A DNA stretch of 64,000 nucleotides from Mesotaenium endlicherianum (taxonomy: Eukaryota), in assembly GCA_009602735.1 (NCBI GenBank), contig WELA01001736.1, forward strand, positions 228,534-292,533. Reading direction: 5' to 3'. A program made the translations under genes and the position numbers. The notes beneath the pieces were generated by a model. It was given only the letters and a program-made list of their open reading frames with translations, made no database searches and was not told the DNA's origin. Positions 14,118-27,140 of the stretch are shown here, in pieces (within the stretch, counting starts at the first letter, position 1; every line of letters begins with the position of its first letter).

Positions 14118-16703
14118 TCAGCAGATGGCGGGGAGGACGGTGAGGGGGTCGATGGTGGAGGGCCCCTGGTGGATCTCGAAGTGCAGGTGCGGCCCCGTGG
14201 AGAAGCCGGTGTTGCCCGACAGCGCGAGCGTGGCGCCCTTGCGCACAAACTGGCCGGGGCGCACGAGCACGTCGGAGCAGTGCGCGTACAGCGTCCAGTG
14301 CGCGTTGCCGTGGTCCACACACACCGTGTTGCCGTACCCGCCCTTGGGTCCCGCAAACGTCACCTGCACCACGACGCAGCGTGGGGGGGACAGCAGCACA
14401 GACGGCAAGGACAGGAACCAAATTAGACCTGCATGTTGCCACGGTGTCGGGGACAGCAAGCGTCTCCTGCACCTCGCAGCGCGGGAGACAGCAGCGCAGA
14501 CGGCAGCACAGGCCGCAGCTACAGGAACCAAATCAGACGTTCTTGTGGGCCACGGCGTCGGGGGACAGCAAACGTCTCCAGCAGCCCACGGCACGACTCT
14601 CGGGCAACGGGAGCAGAGGTAGCAGCGCACAAAAGGGACCGAAGGGTCCGACGTGCGCCCTTGGGCACCGCAAATGGCATTGGCCGGCCCCGGCCGCAGG
14701 CCGCGAAAGAGGTCAGACCCGCTCGTGAGTAGCGGCGTGCGGTCTCAACACCCGGGGGCGCGCATACGAGCCATTGGCACCCGCGCTACGCTCCAAACCT
14801 CCCATGCTTTCTTTTTCTCTCTTTGTACGCAAAGTGGCTGATGGATGCCGCCACACCCAGAATCTTCCGCCTTTCCTGGGCCAATCGTCCCCCGCCCAAT
14901 CGCCTGCTTGCTTGCTCGAGACTCAGGCCTTAACGTCGGCCTCAAATTCAGCCTTTAACTGCGCTCAGGAGACCACACGCTCGGACTGGGCCACACATGC
15001 AGAGCGCCACGTGTCCACGGCCCGGCCAGGGGGTTATCAATCTACCAGCAGAAAGGAGAAGGGGGAGGGGGAGGAGGAGGGGGAGAAGGAGCAACAGGGG
15101 GGGAGAGAGAGAGGTAGGAGAAGGGGTGGGGGGGAAAGACAGTTAGGGGGAGAGGGAGGAAGTGGAGGAGGAGGAGGAGGAGGAGGCGCAGGAGAGTACC
15201 CTTCCGCTGGTGGAGGCCTCGACGGGCGTGCCCTCCTCCACGGCAATGTCGATGCCGTTGTGGAAGTACCACCGCCCATCTGCACACGCAGCGCCCCCAG
15301 CCCACCCATCACACCCATTGAAAATATCGAGAGAGGGTTCAGTTAGCCCGCACCTAGCCTGCGATTCTGACCTGCAGTGCCTTGGTAGTGGGGCTGGGGG
15401 GCATTTGCACGGCTTTAGAATTGCGACGCACAAAACAGAACAGATCCGGCTGACGCCCTGCGATCATCTCTCATAACTGGGGGGCGCTCGCCTAACACCT
15501 GGATATAGGCCACCAGCACCTGGCACCCTATGAAAGAGGAGAACAAACGCCCCTCCAACTGGCCTTCGCGCAGTTGCGCATGCCCATGGTTGCACCCTCT
15601 CCCCCTCTCTTTCGCTCTCTGAGCCGGTGAGCTGACAGGCGATTGTGAAGCAAGGACTAGACAACCGATCCAATCTTTCAAATCTCCCACCCTTCCCTCG
15701 CCTATCCAGCCATTATAAGAGGAGTAAGTGAGGAAAGGGATCTGGGCAGACCAGTTCTACCACAAAGACTTGCTAGCACCCGCTCTAAGGCGTTATAGGC
15801 GCATTAGTGCGAAAGGGGGCTGGAAGCTGGCACCCGCTCTCCCCCTTCCAGCCATAGTAGCAACAGCTAGCTTGCAAGTGAGAAAGGGGGGCTGAGAGCT
15901 AGCCCATCTCTCCAGCCACGTTGCAAGTGAGAAAGAGGGCTTGGAAGGTGGAACCCGCTCTCACCTTTCCAGCAATGCTAGTTAGCTCGCAAGTGGGAAA
16001 GGGGGCTGGGACGCTGGCCGGTCCACATCCCCAGCCAAATAGGAAATAGCTACCTTGCAAATGCTAAAGGGGGGCTGGGAGCCGGCACCTGCTCTCAATG
16101 GGAGCTACCAGCTCGTGGTCGTGAATGGAAGGGAGGCTGGCACCCGCCACTCTCACCTTTCCAGCCACGTCGGGAGCTAGCTAAATCTCGAGTGTATAAG
16201 GGGGGGGGTAGGAGGGAAGAGGGAAGAGAGAAGAGGGGAAAGGGGGGGGAAGGGGGGTAGCTCCAGGGAGCTGCAAACCGCGCTCACCTTTCCAGCCGTA
16301 GTAGGAGCTGAGCCAGCCCCCGCGCACGGGCAGCCCAAAGGGCTCCGCCTTCCAGTGCGGCAGCAGGCGCAGCAGGGCCGGGTGGCGCAGCACAGGCACC
16401 CGGCTCAGCACCTCGGGCTGCATGAGGAACTGCAGGGGCAGGGGGTCGGGGTCGAGGCCCAGGCGCCGGAGGGGGTGAGCAAGCAACCGCAGCGCTGCGG
16501 GGCCCAGCTGCAGGGGCTTCTGCCGGGGGAGGGGGATCAGGACCTCCTGGCCCACGTGGAGTTGCGTGCAGCCCTGCAGGTGGGGAACAGCGGAAGGGGG
16601 CGGAGGGTGAGGAGGGGGAAAGCGGAAAAGGAGGTGGAGGTGCAGGGGGTTTCATTGAGAGGGGAGGATTGGACGATCGTGCCAGAGAGAGGGGGACAAA
16701 GGG

Positions 16704-16779
<76 letters not shown>

Positions 16780-16780
16780 N

Positions 16781-16835
<55 letters not shown>

Positions 16836-18219
16836 ACATGCCGCCAGATGGAAGCAGTTGAGCTCTGCCACTCACCACACATCATCATCGCGCATGACAA
16901 TAGCTCTCCCCCACTCTCTCTCTCATTCGTCTCGAGTCTTGCTTTGCCATGCTGCCTGCAGCAAGGGCAAGAGGCACCTGTTGCCTGGCAGGCTGTGTCT
17001 CTGTCAGCAGACGTGTGCGGTTGCGTGTGAGCGTGCCCAATACAGGAGTGTGTGATTGTGACACACACAACTTTGCGACAGTGTCTGGGTCCACACACGC
17101 GCACCAATCAACTAGAGTTGTAAGGATAGGTCACAAATGTCCCTTTGGGCTCTGCTGATCACACATCAAGTACACATGTACCTCATAAGGAGCAGCAAAT
17201 GGGACCACCCCCCCCCCCCCTTNNNNNNNNNNNNNNNNNNNNNNNNNNNNNNCCCCCCCCCTTCCCCCCCCTTTCCCCCTTGGGTGGGCTGAAGCTGAGA
17301 TGGGAGCGCCAAAGTTTGGAAGAACCGGCAGACAGCTCAAGTACCGACGGATGAACAGGGAGCCAAATAATTATCTGCGCATCTACTAACCCTAGGGCAG
17401 GAGGCTCCCACCAGCAGCCCCCAACAGCTCTCTATGTGAAGCTAAGCTGCTGCGCGCAACAGATATGCTTGCTTAATATGCTGCGCATGCTGCCTGTGTG
17501 GTGTGGGGGCTGTTAACGTCAATGCACTACCAGCAGCACGCATCCACCAACAACATTCCAGGCTGGTTCCGGGAGGTTCAACATTGGTTCGCACAGATGC
17601 ATGACTTCACCAACCCCCACAAGCCACAGGAGCTGCAGGCTTCTCCCAAAGCAGGAGGAGAAAAAGAGACGAAAAGAGAACATAGTAAAGAAAGGAGAGG
17701 AGGAGGAGGAGGAGGAGGAGGAGGAGGAAGAGGAAGAGGAAGAGGAAGAGGGAGGAAGGACAGAGCAGAGGGGAGGAGAAGCACGGCGAGGCAAGAAGCA
17801 AACAAGGACGCCTCTGATAAGAGAAAGAGAAAGAGGAGAAAAAACAAAAGGAGAAGGAAGGACGAGGAGGGGAAGGGAGAGAGAAAGCGGAGGAGGAGGA
17901 GGAGGAGGAATGCGAGATGCAATCGTCGACGGCTTCTCCCTGACCGCAGAGGGAAGACGCATCCTTAGCAGCCTCCCTACCTTGGAAAGGCCGTTGGCAG
18001 CCTGGAGGTCGGCCACTGTGATGGAGTGGGCGTCTGCCAGGCTCCACAGAGAGTCCCCCAGGTTGGCTATCACCCACTTCTGGTGCCCCCCTCCTCCTCT
18101 GGCTCTTCTCCCTGACGCAGTGGGGAGCACACACAGACACAAATATCCACACAGACACACACGCATTACACACATGCAGGGGGGGGCGGGCGCGCGCACA
18201 CACACACACACACACACAC

Positions 18220-18265
<46 letters not shown>

Positions 18266-19647
18266 NNNNNNNNNNNNNNNNNNNNNNNNNNNNNNNNNNN
18301 NNNNNNNNNNNNNNNNNNNNNNNNNNNNNNNNNNNNNNNNNNNNNNNNNNNNNNNNNNNNNNNNNNNNNNNNNNNNNNNNNNNNNNNNNNNNNNNNNNNN
18401 NNNNNNNNNNNNNNNNNNNNNNNNNNNNNNNNNNNNNNNNNNNNNNNNNNNNNNNNNNNNNNNNNNNNNNNNNNNNNNNNNNNNNNNNNNNNNNNNNNNN
18501 NNNNNNNGGGCGGGGGGTGGGGGGGGGGGGAGACTGTGTGCGCGTGCCGAAAAGTGTGTATATGCTAGAAGAGGTGGGAGAAACCATCATCATACAGCTC
18601 CCCGATCTCCTTAAAGCCCACACGCTAGTCAGCAGAAGTGCCCATATTATCCATGTATCTCCACCATCCAACACACCCTGACATATATCCCAGGAAGAGC
18701 ATCAAATGTTCCCCAGCATACCTGGTCACCCTACCTGCACCTACATAGTGGGGTGAATGAGCATTGCTCAGAGCACACAATTGTCATATATTTTTCCCAT
18801 CCTTGTGTATCAAAACGTCTGAGTGACCATTAACTGCTGACACTTGGTGTGGTCCAGGATACCCCTCGTGATGTCTGTGTGCTTCAAAGCTATTGAAGAT
18901 TAATCCAGAGAGAGAGAAAGACATGGCTGCATTGGAAGAGTGCATAGATGGACAGCTTACAGCCTGATAATCCATATAATCTTAAGCACATTCCGTACTC
19001 ACAAGCTTCAAGAGGCCTTGCATGAGCCCGAGATGACCTCCTTCTCCGTGGTATCAGCAAAGCCTGACCAGCCTGTTTGGTCACAAAGCACCCAGAGATC
19101 AACATTGGGTCAACAGGTTGACTTAGTCAATGGGTTGATTTTGATGCAGATCAAGCGCCAGACGACCCCCCCCCAATGGCCATGAGCTGATGATTCGCCA
19201 GCCTCTGAAGCACGTGTCCTCTAAACAGGAGAAACCAAAATCAAAGGTTGAAGTCAGGGAACTAACCATCAAGCACTCTGCATCTTTGATGTTGTTGACT
19301 TTCTGGATGACGTCGACAGGAGTTTGAGCAATGCGAGCAATGCCAGACAAACAGTCCCCCTCTTTGACCCGCAGAGTACTGTATTCTACTGGAGCTGCAT
19401 CTGAATCTAAATGACTACTTCTGTGGACCCCAGGGAATACATGTATGCCCCTTTCCTCAAGGCCTTTTAGCACAGCCCCACAGCGCCTCTGCAGGGTTCG
19501 TTGTACGTGATAAGATAAATCAGGCTGATTAAGAGCACCCAGGCTTCTGATACCAGAAAGAATGAGATAAGCTAATGTCTGATTGTTCTGGTTCAAGGGC
19601 TGCTGCAGGTTGGGCTGTGGCTGCCCGACCAAAAACTGGGCTGCCAT
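14118..19647 (-). CDS. LysM-LysM-M23 (MepM/NlpD-like) peptidoglycan endopeptidase, about 397 aa, 6 exons
   Basis: Minus-strand exons: 19647-19267, 19072-19003, 18111-17981, 16573-16288, 15279-15200, 14363-14118. All are GT-AG and in phase (1194 nt). LysM1: RVKEGDCLSGIA...NNIKDAECLM|AGQALLIP. LysM2: ANLGDSLWSLA...ANGLSK|GCTQLHVGQEVLIP. M23: FHNGIDIA...GYGNTV...YAHC...GNTGFSTGPHLHFEI. The start codon is uncertain, and a further upstream exon near 20020-20101 is possible. Confidence 0.9.
16707..16833. repeat. (GA)n microsatellite in an intron of the LysM-M23 gene
   Basis: Uninterrupted GA dinucleotide run containing one N. Similar runs occur at 18225-18265 and 48540-48595. Confidence 0.95.
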
Positions 19648-20784
19648 GCCTGACTGTCCTTCTTGACTGTCCCTTATCCAGAATAATATATCAAAAAAAA
19701 AAGCAGAATGTTTACTATGAAAAATAGGGGGTAGCAGTACAGCGACTGCGTCAAATTAAATGAAAAGCTCGCTCCCAGCTTTTATCCCAGCTCTTCTACT
19801 TTTAATCATGAGATGAAGATACTCTATTAGAACGAAGTGGACCACGGTCCAAGGTGCTCACATCCAGGCGCAACCATGTAACTTATTGACCAAGTAGGAA
19901 AACCTCCACTATTCACGGACTAGAGAGGACTAGAGCTCAGGAAGATACTTAAAATTTCGACTATCACATAGTTCGCAAGCTCGTAACTCCTCATACAGAC
20001 CTTGCTACTCTTAGCCTGACCTGTATATTAGAAGGTTGGAAAAAGGCTCCTAATAAGAGCTTACACAGTAGGGGACGAGTATATAGATAATATATCACCA
20101 TGCTCGGCAGAATCTTCACAAGAAACGACAGCAGAGCCTTCCGCCAACTTCTGCTGTCTTCTGCGGTTTCCCTCCAGTTTTCGGATAACGTACCACACGT
20201 ATCAGATTGCACAATGATCCGTGTGTGGCGTCCGTTTCAGCTACTTCATTCAACTTCATTCCACATTATTTCACAATAATTTTTAGTAATTTTCAGTAAT
20301 TTGCAGTGATTTAATGCTGTCACGTACATGTTGTATCTTCTACATGCGCGAATACTGCATATTAGGGTGGCGTGCAGTGCCTTGGCTGGTCGTGGCATGC
20401 ACTATGCTCGGATGTTCAACGTCACATTGCCCGTTTACTTACGACGCCCGTTCTCAACGCCCAGAACACGACTTGATGTTGCGCGATGTACAATGTTCGA
20501 TGTGACTCGATGACACTTGTGGAGTCATGACGAGGGGAACTGGACTGTGGTATGACGAGCAGAGCACGACTGTTACTCTAAACGATGTGTGTCTGAAGCA
20601 GTCTGAAGTGCCACCAGGTACAGGTCAAGTAACACCTCTCCTTTTCACTTGTAACCAGTAATAGCTGTCCACATATAACATTTTGGGCACTTCAGTTCAC
20701 TTCAGTTGCTGAATCCTTGTGGGTTTTTTTTTTGATTTGATTTGCAAGGCCTTCCTCGGGCACTTCATGGTGTGAAGAGCAGTG

Positions 20785-21244
20785 ATGGCAATAGAATGTT
20801 TGCTACCTCGCGCCCACGCACCCTTATTCCAAAATTGTTGTGTGAGACCTTTTTCCATTCTCAACAGGCAGGTCTACAGGCATCGCCCTGTGACATCTGC
20901 ATCTTTTCATCCAGCTCCACATAATAATAGTGGCGTTCGACACTCCTTGGAAGGGGGCCTCAGGATCAAGAACTATACCAGACCCGGCGGGCAAGATTTC
21001 CTCTCTCGGCTCTCCTCTGACCATCTTTATCGGAAGGAACGCAGAACAATCAGAAGCTTCAGGTGCAGAAGGCTCGCCTGTTACATAAATAAGTTGCCTT
21101 ATGAAACCTTGAGCTAGAACGCTGTAAATAATATGACTGGTGGTCTACTTGTGACGACAACTTCTTTCATGGCACCTGAAAGGCTGGACAAAGGCTCGTG
21201 TCTTAAATGATTTTGAGCATACTGCATCCATTGCTTGGCAGTGC

Positions 21245-21295
<51 letters not shown>

Positions 21296-22934
21296 GACAT
21301 GAAATGACTTCTCCATTTACACGCAGAATAGAGAAGAAGGGGGGCGGGAGATGCACCTCTTTTATTCAAGTCATCTGTGTGTTTCTGGTGTCAACATGCA
21401 CATGTTGCACATGTTGTGTCTGTTTGCTGGCGTTTTTCGTGTCAATCAACATTCAGATGTATGTACATAGGAGCACATATATGTGTGCAAATGTGCGTGT
21501 GCATGTCCTGTTTCTACGTTCTATGTGCACCTACTCACTCGTACATACTGAACCTTCTGCCTGCAGCACCAGGGACAGGCAGGCCAGCACCAGCAGCACC
21601 ACCAGCAGCAGCAGCAGCAGCCTTCCTGTGCTGCCATCAAGTCCGGAAGAGATGCTGCGGAGCATCACTGGCCTCCTGTGGGGCAAGGGCCTGCCACCTG
21701 GCATGCTCGTCCATGTGCGTGCGCCCCTCCTGAACCCTGACACCCGCAACTCTGTGCCTTGAGATATGCACTCTCTTTAGGAATTCTGTGGGCAAATCCT
21801 CCTATATGAGCCTCAGTTTAGCAGTGGTCCTTCAGCTCTGAGCCCCGATCAATTGAAGCCCCAAACTACATCAGCCCTAAACTTTTCAAGCCCTGAACTT
21901 TTCAAACCCTAGACCTCTCAAGCCCCATACTTCTCAAGCCCCGATTGACTGAAGCCCTCAACTTCTCAAGCCCCGAACCTCTCAAGCCTCAAATTTGTCA
22001 AGCCCTGACCTATAGATGCAAAGGCGTGAGTGCCTTGAGCGCTAACCCTCAAGCCCCAAACCTCAAGAGCCTTTGACGCTGATTAATGCTGAAACCTCAG
22101 CCCTGGCTGCCGCTCACAGCCAGCCAGGAACCAGCAGGAGTGATGAGTCGCTCGTGGGGCTACGCGCGCCTCGGCCACGGCCGCCGCTGCTCAGCCTGCT
22201 CTTCAATGACGCGTGCTTAAAGAAAGACTGGCACTGTTTTTTATCCTCTTTTACGGACTGATGAGGCTGGCGTGCGCACCCCTTGTCGTGTGAAGAGGGG
22301 AGATCCGGGAGCATCTGAAAAAGTTGAGTAAATTTGAGAACACCCGGAGCTTTTGGAATCCCACCCTGCCAGGGGGGCTACTAGCTACGGCTTCGGGTTG
22401 TTCTGGATGGCATGTGTTAGGGACAGGTGGAGGCAGGGGAGTTTGACAGCTGGCGCTCAGGCACTGAAATTGCAAGTGGAGGTCGGGGGGAGGGCAACAG
22501 GTGGCGAGAGAGGTCTGGACGGCGCTGTGGAGGACGATGATGGGACAGCTGGCGCCGTCGTCGCAGTCGGGCGCCTACCAGCGGCCCTCCAGCGCCTTCC
22601 GCGACCGGGTGGCGCCAGGTCAGTGCAGCTTCGCACATGCGTACCCCCCTGGCAATCACTATCTATACGTCGCCTTATGTGGCGTATCGTGGGGCCTACT
22701 TCCGAAGAAAGGGGCGAGTCGGGAGGGAGAAGCGGAAAGCAGCCGGTGCGGGAGGGGCCAGGGGCAGGCTCCGAGGGTTCTAAGGCTTTGGGGTTTCAGG
22801 GTTCACACATGTGGCGTCAGTCGATCGTGATCCGCTTTTTGCGCCCAACCTCCTTCTGTCTACCAGTCCAGTCGTCATCTCCACCACTCATGAATTTCTT
22901 CAAACACCCCAATGATGCACACGCGCCTCTTTGT

Positions 22935-23028
<94 letters not shown>

Positions 23029-23312
23029 NCGTGCCCGTGCGCAGATCCAGCTGTTCCCCCTCGTTTCTCGACTGCTGCTCGTTGCCTCCCCGTGCATCCT
23101 CATGCATCCCTCTTCCTCGAGCCCCTAACCCCAAGTCCGAAACTACAAACCCTAAACCCCGACACTTTGCCTTTCGCGCGTGCCTCCCTCCAGAGGTGTC
23201 CGAGTGGACACGTGTGTCTATCCTGCCCACGCCGGGAAGCTTCCGGGAAGCTCTCCTGCCCCTCTCATCCAGCCAGCCCTGCCTTCTCTTGGGAGAACAC
23301 CTTGTCCGCCTT

Positions 23313-23406
<94 letters not shown>

Positions 23407-26400
23407 NGGCGCTCTCTGTGTTGTCCACGCTTGGTGATACCTCTCTCTGGCGCACCCCCAATCCTGGTCAGTCTTCTTCTAGTCAACTCTAGTGTAGCTG
23501 TTCATTCTGGCCAACGCCAGCTGTCTAGCGGACGCCAGCCTAGCCAACACCAGTCTAGCACACGCCAGTCTAGCCCACGCCAGTAGTTATCTGCACCAGT
23601 TGACTCCCTCCAGAAGTCGCAGTCACCTGTGTGCCAGTAGGTCAACATGCCAGTCAACGCCGGTCAGCTCGATGGTGATCTACGCTACGGAAGTCAACCC
23701 TTGTAGGGAGCTCTGAGAAGTAGTCAGTGCCACACCCCCCCCCCCCCACCCCCCCGGGAGGTCATCTCCACCGTCGACTAGCCTACCCTGGTCAACGCCC
23801 CCGTGGTTTGACTGCAGCACTAATTGACGCTATCTCACTCCGTATTGTAACGTCCGTTAGCGCGCGTGGGCGTGCGTTTCATTTGGGCGTGTCGTATCTT
23901 ACCTTGTCTCGTCCAAAGTCTTTCGATGTTGGCTCGCAGCGTTGTTTCTCTGATTTGTGAAATAGGTGATGGAGCAAGAAACTGTTGTGCCGAGGCCTGT
24001 GAGCCGGAGCCCCCCACTTCGCTACCTTTGGCCACGGTGTGGTGCGGTTCGGGGAAAAAGGCTTAGTGTCGTGTCTAGTTGTCCAAGTCCTAATCATCGG
24101 AGCCCTAAATTTCAACACCATTGTGCCCGTCGTGCTGGCCCAATGTGCAGTGCGTGTACATGCACACATGCAAGTCGTGGTGCGGACGTGTGTATACATA
24201 CGCAAGTGTACGTATATCGCAGTATACACAAAGCATCCACATGACGATACCATAACAGTCTGAAGACACGTCAGAGTACGTCCGCACCTCTGAGTGTGCG
24301 TTGGTGTGGGTGTGCGTGCTCCGTGTGTGCGTGGCGTGCTCTGTGTGTGCGTGTGCGCGCGCGAGCGCACACGCGTGTGTGCTCGCTTGCCACGTGTGCG
24401 CAGGCACCAAGTTCCCCCCGGCCGCGGGGCGCTACTATCTGTACGCAGCGCTCTCCTGCCCGTGGGCCCACCGTGCGCTCATCGTGCACTCCCTCAAGGG
24501 CCTGGGAGACGCCGTCCCTCTCTCCGTGGCCGTCCCCGGCGCCTCCGGCCTCTGGGCATTTGACCCTAACCCTAATCCCAGCCCTAACCGTCACCCTAAC
24601 CCGAATTCTAACCCTAGCCCTAATTTGAACGCTAGCTCAGACCCCCGCCCTGGCCCCCCAAGCCCTAGCCCTATCGCTAGCCCTAGCTTTAGCCCCAACC
24701 ACAATAACCAGTCTCACTCGAACGGGAGCCCCCGTAGCAGCCCCGCCCCGCCACGTGTCAGGCCAACAGAGGACGCGTTTGCCAGGTGTAAGCAGGTGAA
24801 GGACGTCTATGCGTCGCGGGAGGGCGGCTACGACGGCCGCTGCACCGTGCCCATGCTCTGGGACGGCCAGAGCAGGTGTACTCTCCTTAAACTCCGAACC
24901 TTGAACCTTAAACCTTAACCGTGAAACCCTTAGATGGACCCTTGCGTTTCCTGCAGCTGCTTTTCTTTGTTTGCTCTCGCGTGCATATACATGTATAGGA
25001 TATATGCATGTGCGTACATCCATGCGCATGTGTACTTATGTGTGTACTTGCATTTGCACCTACCAATTCACCGACAAGTATCTTGATACTACTCTCTGTA
25101 GGTTTCTGGTTTTGTGAAAGATAAGGTTCAGCTGCGACGTATATGAGCAAATTTGACAAACGTGTGCCATAGGGAGGGATTTCTTCCCTGCGTGCAGGCA
25201 TGGTGCGGTGGCAAACAAAGTCTGGCCACATAAATGCTTTCTAATTACTTTTTGATGCACATATATGTATGTATGTATGTATGGATATATAAGTATATAT
25301 TTATAGACCTTCATCTTTCACCACCTTGTGATGCAGACATGTTTCAACCTTTCAGGACAATTATGGCGCCCATCTATTCACATCTTCCACTTCCTTGTGT
25401 TGCATTTGTTTTTTTTAAACTTCTAGTGTATACCGTACTGTCCTTCAGGATGCGCCACGTGTCTTCATGTCCTTTTCCCACCTCGTGCCGTGCTCCAAGA
25501 GGGGCGGCGGATTTGCACGTGCACTTGCGCCATTCACCGTCATATCTTACTTCCCCAAAGTGTTTGTAAACGGTGCACACGTGTTTTGCACCTCTCACCA
25601 TCCTATATCGCCTTCCTGGAGAGATGGTAAGCAATGCACATGCGTTCTTCATTCTAACATTCTTGCTATCGCATGCTCTTCTCTCAGAGAGGTGGTGAAC
25701 AATGAGAGCGCTGACATCATCCAGATCCTCAACTCCACCTTCAACGACTATGCCAAGAATCCGACGCTGGACCTCGCGCCACCTGGCGCGCTCGCGGACA
25801 TGGCGAAGTGGGACCACGAGATCTACCACAACGTCAACAACGGCGTCTACAGGTGCCGTTGACCGGCCCCGTTGACTCTTCTTGGTGGACCGTGGTTGAC
25901 TTCTTCCTGTCCCCTGCAGACCGCTGCCGGTCCCACCAGATGAAGAACCATTCCTTTTAGCTTTGCTGTTGACGTGCGCTTGAGGCAACGACGTGGGTTT
26001 GTGTATGTGATTTGCACCTTGTGTCTTGAGATACTATCGCCTGCGTGTGTGTGCACGCGTGTGTGTGTTGTGTGTGTGTGCCTGATGGGAAGGACCGACG
26101 GGAGAGGCCAGGTCAACGCGTGCACCTCTTTTTCTCGTATTCGAAGGGGCAGCGCGTATCAGCGCAGAGCCACCATGCCTGCTCTCCTCTTCTGCCGCCT
26201 TCCACTCTTCACATGCGCTGTTCTGCACCCGCACAACGCCGGCCAGGGGGCCATACGTTTCTTCTCCCCGTCTGTGATTCACGTTTTTTACGTTTCTCTC
26301 CTTATTATTATACTTACTGGCAGGTGCGGGTTTGCGCAAAGCCAGCAGGCCTACGACGAGGCGGAGGCGTCGCTTTTTGCCTCCCTCGACAAGATCGACG

Positions 26401-27140
26401 CCCACCTAGCGGGCAGCCGCTTCCTGTGCGGGGACGATCTGACGCTCTCAGACGTGCGCCTCTTCACAACGCTGTACCGATTTGACGCGGCTTACTACAT
26501 CCTCTTCAAGTGCTGCCGCCAGAAGGTCTCGGAGTATGAGCACCTGTCGCGGTACCTCCGAGATATCTACGAGGCAAGTGCAATGCTTCGCAACCTCTCC
26601 AAGACACGTGTGCAAAGATGCACGCCGCGCACATGTGCGCGCTACGCACACGCGCACACTCACACACACATTTACACACACCACACACCACACACATACA
26701 CACGCACGCGCGTGCACACACACACACACGTCACACAGGGGGGGAGAGAGAGAGTGTGAGAGGGAGAGGGGGAGAGACACAAAGTGTAGATAAATTTTTA
26801 TTCGCAATGTGGTGTGTAGATTCCAATTGTATGCCACCTAGCGTACAAGGAGCCTTCATGTTGTCTATCCTCGTTCTTGCTCTTTTGCTTTCTTTTCTTA
26901 TTTTCTCCCAAGGTGTAATACTGTTTTTTTCTCTTCACGAGAGGTGAAATATTGTTCTCTCTGAATTGTACATCCTTTTGAATGTGAACAAACGCTGTCT
27001 CGTCTCGTGTGCAGATTCCGGAAGTGGCGGCGACGTGCGACATGCAGGCCATCACTCAGAGCTACTTTGGGACCTTGTTCCCCCTCAATCCAGGTGGCAT
27101 CGTGCCAGCGATCCCGAGAAGTGTTCCTACAGGAGTGTAG
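20785..27140 (+). CDS. Glutathionyl-hydroquinone reductase (omega/xi-like GST, YqjG/ECM4 family), probably plastid-targeted, about 518 aa
   Basis: Exons: 20785-21062, 21567-21714, 22501-22618, 24404-24875, 25688-25852, 26324-26573, 27015-27140, all in phase. The last intron is GC-AG. Motifs: [24 protein letters not shown] active site, [37 protein letters not shown]. The N-terminus is Arg/Ser-rich and transit-peptide-like. Confidence 0.9.
21840..22070. repeat. Degenerate short tandem repeat (core tcaagccc) in GST intron 2
   Basis: About 10 imperfect copies of (c/t)tcaagccc(c/t) at roughly 20-bp spacing. Confidence 0.75.

Noticed and set aside
14118..19647. Bacterial contamination as the source of the M23/LysM sequence
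   Set aside because: The domains are interrupted by five in-phase GT-AG introns with the host's typical microsatellites, and the gene is flanked by eukaryotic genes.
22936..23406. Two poly-C runs of about 90 nt giving poly-Pro/poly-Gly ORFs
   Set aside because: They are intronic and each ends at an N. They are probably sequencing or gap-filling artefacts, not coding.
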